Both the position numbers and the translations under genes were made by a program. Below, in pieces: positions 27,327-30,276 of a DNA stretch of 30,276 bases; position 1 is the first letter of the stretch; each line of letters opens with the position of its first letter. The stretch lies in assembly GCA_046582655.1 (NCBI GenBank), contig JAYGDX010000151.1, positions 1 through 30,276 on the forward strand, written 5' to 3'. The notes under the pieces are model-generated. The model worked only from the letters and a program-made list of their open reading frames with translations. It searched no databases and was not told where the DNA came from. The DNA is from Candidatus Poribacteria bacterium (GTDB lineage Bacteria; Poribacteria; WGA-4E; UBA9662).

Positions 27327-28112
27327 CTAGAATTTAGAAAATTCGGCAACACATCGAAAACCAAAGTAGTTGTCTGTATAATTTGGCAGGTGAAAAACAC
27401 GATCAGTTATCCGAAGGCCGAATGAGAGGTTGTCCCAAGACCCACCGCGTAACGCACGACTGTCCTGACCATCATCATACCAATCAGCACACCATTCCCA
27501 GACATTTCCCACCATGTCGTAGAGACCATACCCATTGGGAGCAAAGCTACCTACTGGCGCGGTTTGATCATCCCACCTATCCTTGTCACCAGTTCCATCA
27601 TAATTAACATAATCCCTGGCCATGCTTACATCATCGCCCCAGGGATATTCCTTATCCACCAAACCGCCACGTGCCGCACGATCCCATTCGGCCTCAGTCG
27701 GAAGTCTTTTGCCCACCCAATTGCAATAAGAAACGGCATCATGCCAACTGACATAAATCATTGGGTGCTCGTCCGTTGGTGAATATTTATATACCAACTC
27801 CCAATGATCGCTATTGTACTGGTGCGCTGTTGATCGAAGAAATTTCTTGAACTGACCAACCGTTACCTCAGTGCAATCCATATAAAAAGCATCTATTTTG
27901 ACTGGCTCTGATATTTTGACAGACTTGGTAATAGGATTCCCTATTCGATCATAAACCCTTTCCTTTCTAGATTCAGCCGGAATGAAAAGTTCAGGAATCC
28001 ATACCATCTCAGCCCCATCTTTTTCCCAGATAATCTTGCTAGCAGGTCCACCGTCACAACCAATGAGCCCCAATCCCAACACCATCAACACGATAATCAA
28101 TTTCTTAATCAT
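27327..28112 (-). CDS. Formylglycine-generating-enzyme-fold (SUMF1/EgtB/PvdO, CLec fold) lipoprotein lacking the catalytic cysteines
   Basis: Lipobox LIGC, 'FYMDCTEVT', 'RLPTEAEW', 'YPWG', 'NGYGLYDMVGNVWEWC', 'RGGSW', 'GFRC'. Confidence 0.88.
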   Translation of the reverse strand: MIKKLIIVLMVLGLGLIGCDGGPASKIIWEKDGAEMVWIPELFIPAESRKERVYDRIGNPITKSVKISEPVKIDAFYMDCTEVTVGQFKKFLRSTAHQYNSDHWELVYKYSPTDEHPMIYVSWHDAVSYCNWVGKRLPTEAEWDRAARGGLVDKEYPWGDDVSMARDYVNYDGTGDKDRWDDQTAPVGSFAPNGYGLYDMVGNVWEWCADWYDDGQDSRALRGGSWDNLSFGLRITDRVFHLPNYTDNYFGFRCVAEFSKF

Positions 28113-29804
28113 GATATTCTACTTTACGATATTAGTAGTTCTAATCGCTCTAATTCACGCCATTTCCGGTAACAACATACGCTATTTATGACCACTAAAA
28201 TTTCAGGAAATTATAGATGATCCACTTGGTATCACAATCTAAACCGTCCTGACAACATATCAGGAAGTATCTCAAAATTGATACTGGAAATTTCAGAATA
28301 GCGAAGGTTACCGCTAACAGCTTAAAACTCAAAAATATAATTCTCTGGTGAACTGAAGACTTAATCAAAATCAGTGTCGGTTGTTCGCTAAACTCAACTT
28401 TCAAGCTCCCCACCCCATTGTATTCCAGACCATTCTCTGCCATGTAGTGAGTATATTGTAAGGATACCAGTAATTATGATTTGCCGCAAATACCAACGCT
28501 ACCATATAGTTGATCGCCATGAAATTGGCAGACAGAGTAGTATTATGAATCAGCCTATCTTGAACAGTAATGTCAGTAATTACTACAATGCCAAGTCTTC
28601 TCAGGATAACCAGCTTCAGTTTTTGCCCACAAGAACCTACGGGATAACTCAGATAATTCAATAGTCATGCTTGCTTCTTCTTTAGATTTAACTGGTTGGC
28701 CGGAAGAATCTAGTTGGTGAGATTGAGCTGGTTCAGGAGTGAGTTTATTCAATTTATCCATCTCTGACCTGAGTGTGAGCTTCATCTGATCTAAACTTAT
28801 CTCTAGCCAATCAGAATTGTTTCTGGTTTTGGCATAGTCTCAGGATAAGGTGATAGAGTTGTTGTGAGAGTAGCTTGGCGTGGCTAAGAATCCCACAACG
28901 TAGGGAGAGTTGAAATTGTTTTGACCTAAATCACCAAAATCAGTGACAGAGTTACATACTTGCAATATATAGATCTAACTTATCAAATCCCTACTGTGAT
29001 GTCAAGTGTGTCTATTTATACCTCCGCTTGATAGACCTAGAATAAACCTTTCTTGCGTCTTCTCATCCTAATCAAAAAGTAAATGATAGTAAAGTAAAGC
29101 AAATCAAAGTTAGTAGGTAGTTTTCAATCACTATTTCCCACCATTTTATATCTGCCATTCTTTCACTACCGTCTATCTCTAAGCCGTTGTTTCTATTCAA
29201 CTTTACGTGATCCACAACATCAAAAGTATTAAACAATAGGCTTAGAATAAAACAACTCCCAAAGATCTTGTAAGCTTGGAATATTTTAGCGATATCACGT
29301 CCACCTTATAGATACATTATTAGGTAGCCATAAAATCGCTAAATCCTTGAAAACTAACACACTTCCTCCCTAATGGTATGGAGTAGGGAATTCGGTTAGG
29401 GTTTTCACAAGTCTCGTTTCTATTTCTGCCAAATCCATGTTAGTTTCTGTCTCTGCTTTAACCAACATTGACATGGCGGTGAATTTAATGAACATATATC
29501 ATCAAAATCCAACTGTTCGATGCCCTGCAGCACCTGAACTATCCTGAAAGTAAACAGCTTGAAAATTATAAGCTATTCTTCAAGTTTTTGGGATTAAATA
29601 GGATTCTAGTGATTGTTGCCAGTTTTCAAAATAGCTAAGATTTGATAAAATGCTATTGCCTGATTCCAGTTAATACTTGGGCTTATACTACAATTATGAT
29701 CAACTTCGAAATTGAAATCTGGGGATATTGAGATGAAAAGATCTCTGAACCGAATGTCCACTCTACAGTCACTGGCACCATAATATCTAGCTGGATTGGG
29801 GTAA

Positions 29805-30276
29805 ATGACAGCTTCCGTTATCATTTTGGTTTTGCTTTCCGCCTTATTTCATGCTTTTTGGAATTACTTGAGTAAGGTTAGTTATTCTCCTCAACTTTTT
29901 TTAGCTTGGGTAGCTCAACATTGCTATCTCAATTGCTGTTTTTCTAGTCCGAACACCTATGATACCATCATCCATCTGGGTATATATTATCGCTTCTGGA
30001 ATTGTTCATTTTTTTTATCTTGTCTCTCTTAGTCAAGCTTATACTTCGGGTGAGATCTCCTACGTTTACCCTATTGCGCGTTCAGCACCAGGATTGATCC
30101 CTATCTTTGCTGTTCTAATCCTTCACGAGAAGATCCCTTGGCAAGGAATCCTTGGTATCTCATGTACCCTCGTTTCTGTTTATATGTTCATCCAACCAGA
30201 AGGATTATACACGCTATCTAAACTGCTAGAATACCTGAAGAAACCAGAAGCAATTTGGTCTTTCTCAACTTTAGGG
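29805..30276 (+). pseudogene. EamA/DMT family transporter, frameshifted near 29915 and truncated by the window end
   Basis: First frame 'LVLLSALFHAFWNYLSK'. After a +1 shift it continues 'SGIVHFFYLVSLSQAYTSGEISYVYPIARSAP..LHEKI', open to the end of the window. Could be a sequencing error. Confidence 0.75.

Noticed and set aside
427..27782. Numerous short ORFs overlapping or antisense to the called genes
   Set aside because: They are shadow frames with no recognisable motifs.
27327..28112. True formylglycine-generating enzyme activating the sulfatase at 20518
   Set aside because: It lacks the catalytic Cys pair after RGGS and is a lipoprotein, whereas the sulfatase has no signal peptide.
28401..28661. 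Reverse transcriptase remnant ('LRRLGI...TVQDRLIH' resembles the RT motif 'RPLGIPTVxDR')
   Set aside because: The match needs a multi-residue insertion and I found no QG or YxDD motif nearby. Likely chance, though a BLASTX would settle it given the adjacent CLec gene.
28195..28785. Stop-codon readthrough or recoding joining two in-frame minus-strand ORFs
   Set aside because: The gap contains TGA, TAG and two TAA stops, and the product resembles nothing recognisable.
28113..29804. DGR template repeat or CRISPR array in the AT-rich tract
   Set aside because: No AAC-rich copy of the variable-region-like segment and no regularly spaced direct repeats were seen.

Overview
A chromosomal catabolic-accessory region from a bacterium whose gene content strongly resembles Candidatus Poribacteria. 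This taxon is inferred from a LamG protein ending in 'AISPKGKLAAVWGRVK', five PhyH-family dioxygenases, a DUF6785/6784 membrane protein, a sulfatase and an FGE-fold lipoprotein. The core is a tightly spaced + strand cluster (6461-18108): MDR dehydrogenase, two tandem long PhyH Fe(II)/2OG dioxygenases, Gfo/Idh/MocA oxidoreductase, two xylose-isomerase-like TIM barrels, DUF6807 ('PmoA-family'), extended SDR, a cytoplasmic FG-GAP propeller resembling aldos-2-ulose dehydratase, a third PhyH and a TPR protein. Three enzymes in this cluster have non-canonical active-site residues. Flanking genes encode a CE7 esterase, a PhnZ/TmpB-like HD oxygenase preceded by a decayed PhnY-like fragment, a BNR-4 propeller, a UxuA-like dehydratase, a HEAT lipoprotein, a VOC protein, a pseudogenised GH32-like propeller, an arylsulfatase, an AKR + PhyH pair behind a possibly structured leader, a non-catalytic FGE/CLec lipoprotein with a DGR variable-region-like tail, and a frameshifted EamA transporter. 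No rRNA, tRNA, CRISPR array or intact mobile element was seen. All family calls come from motif recognition by eye, not from database searches.
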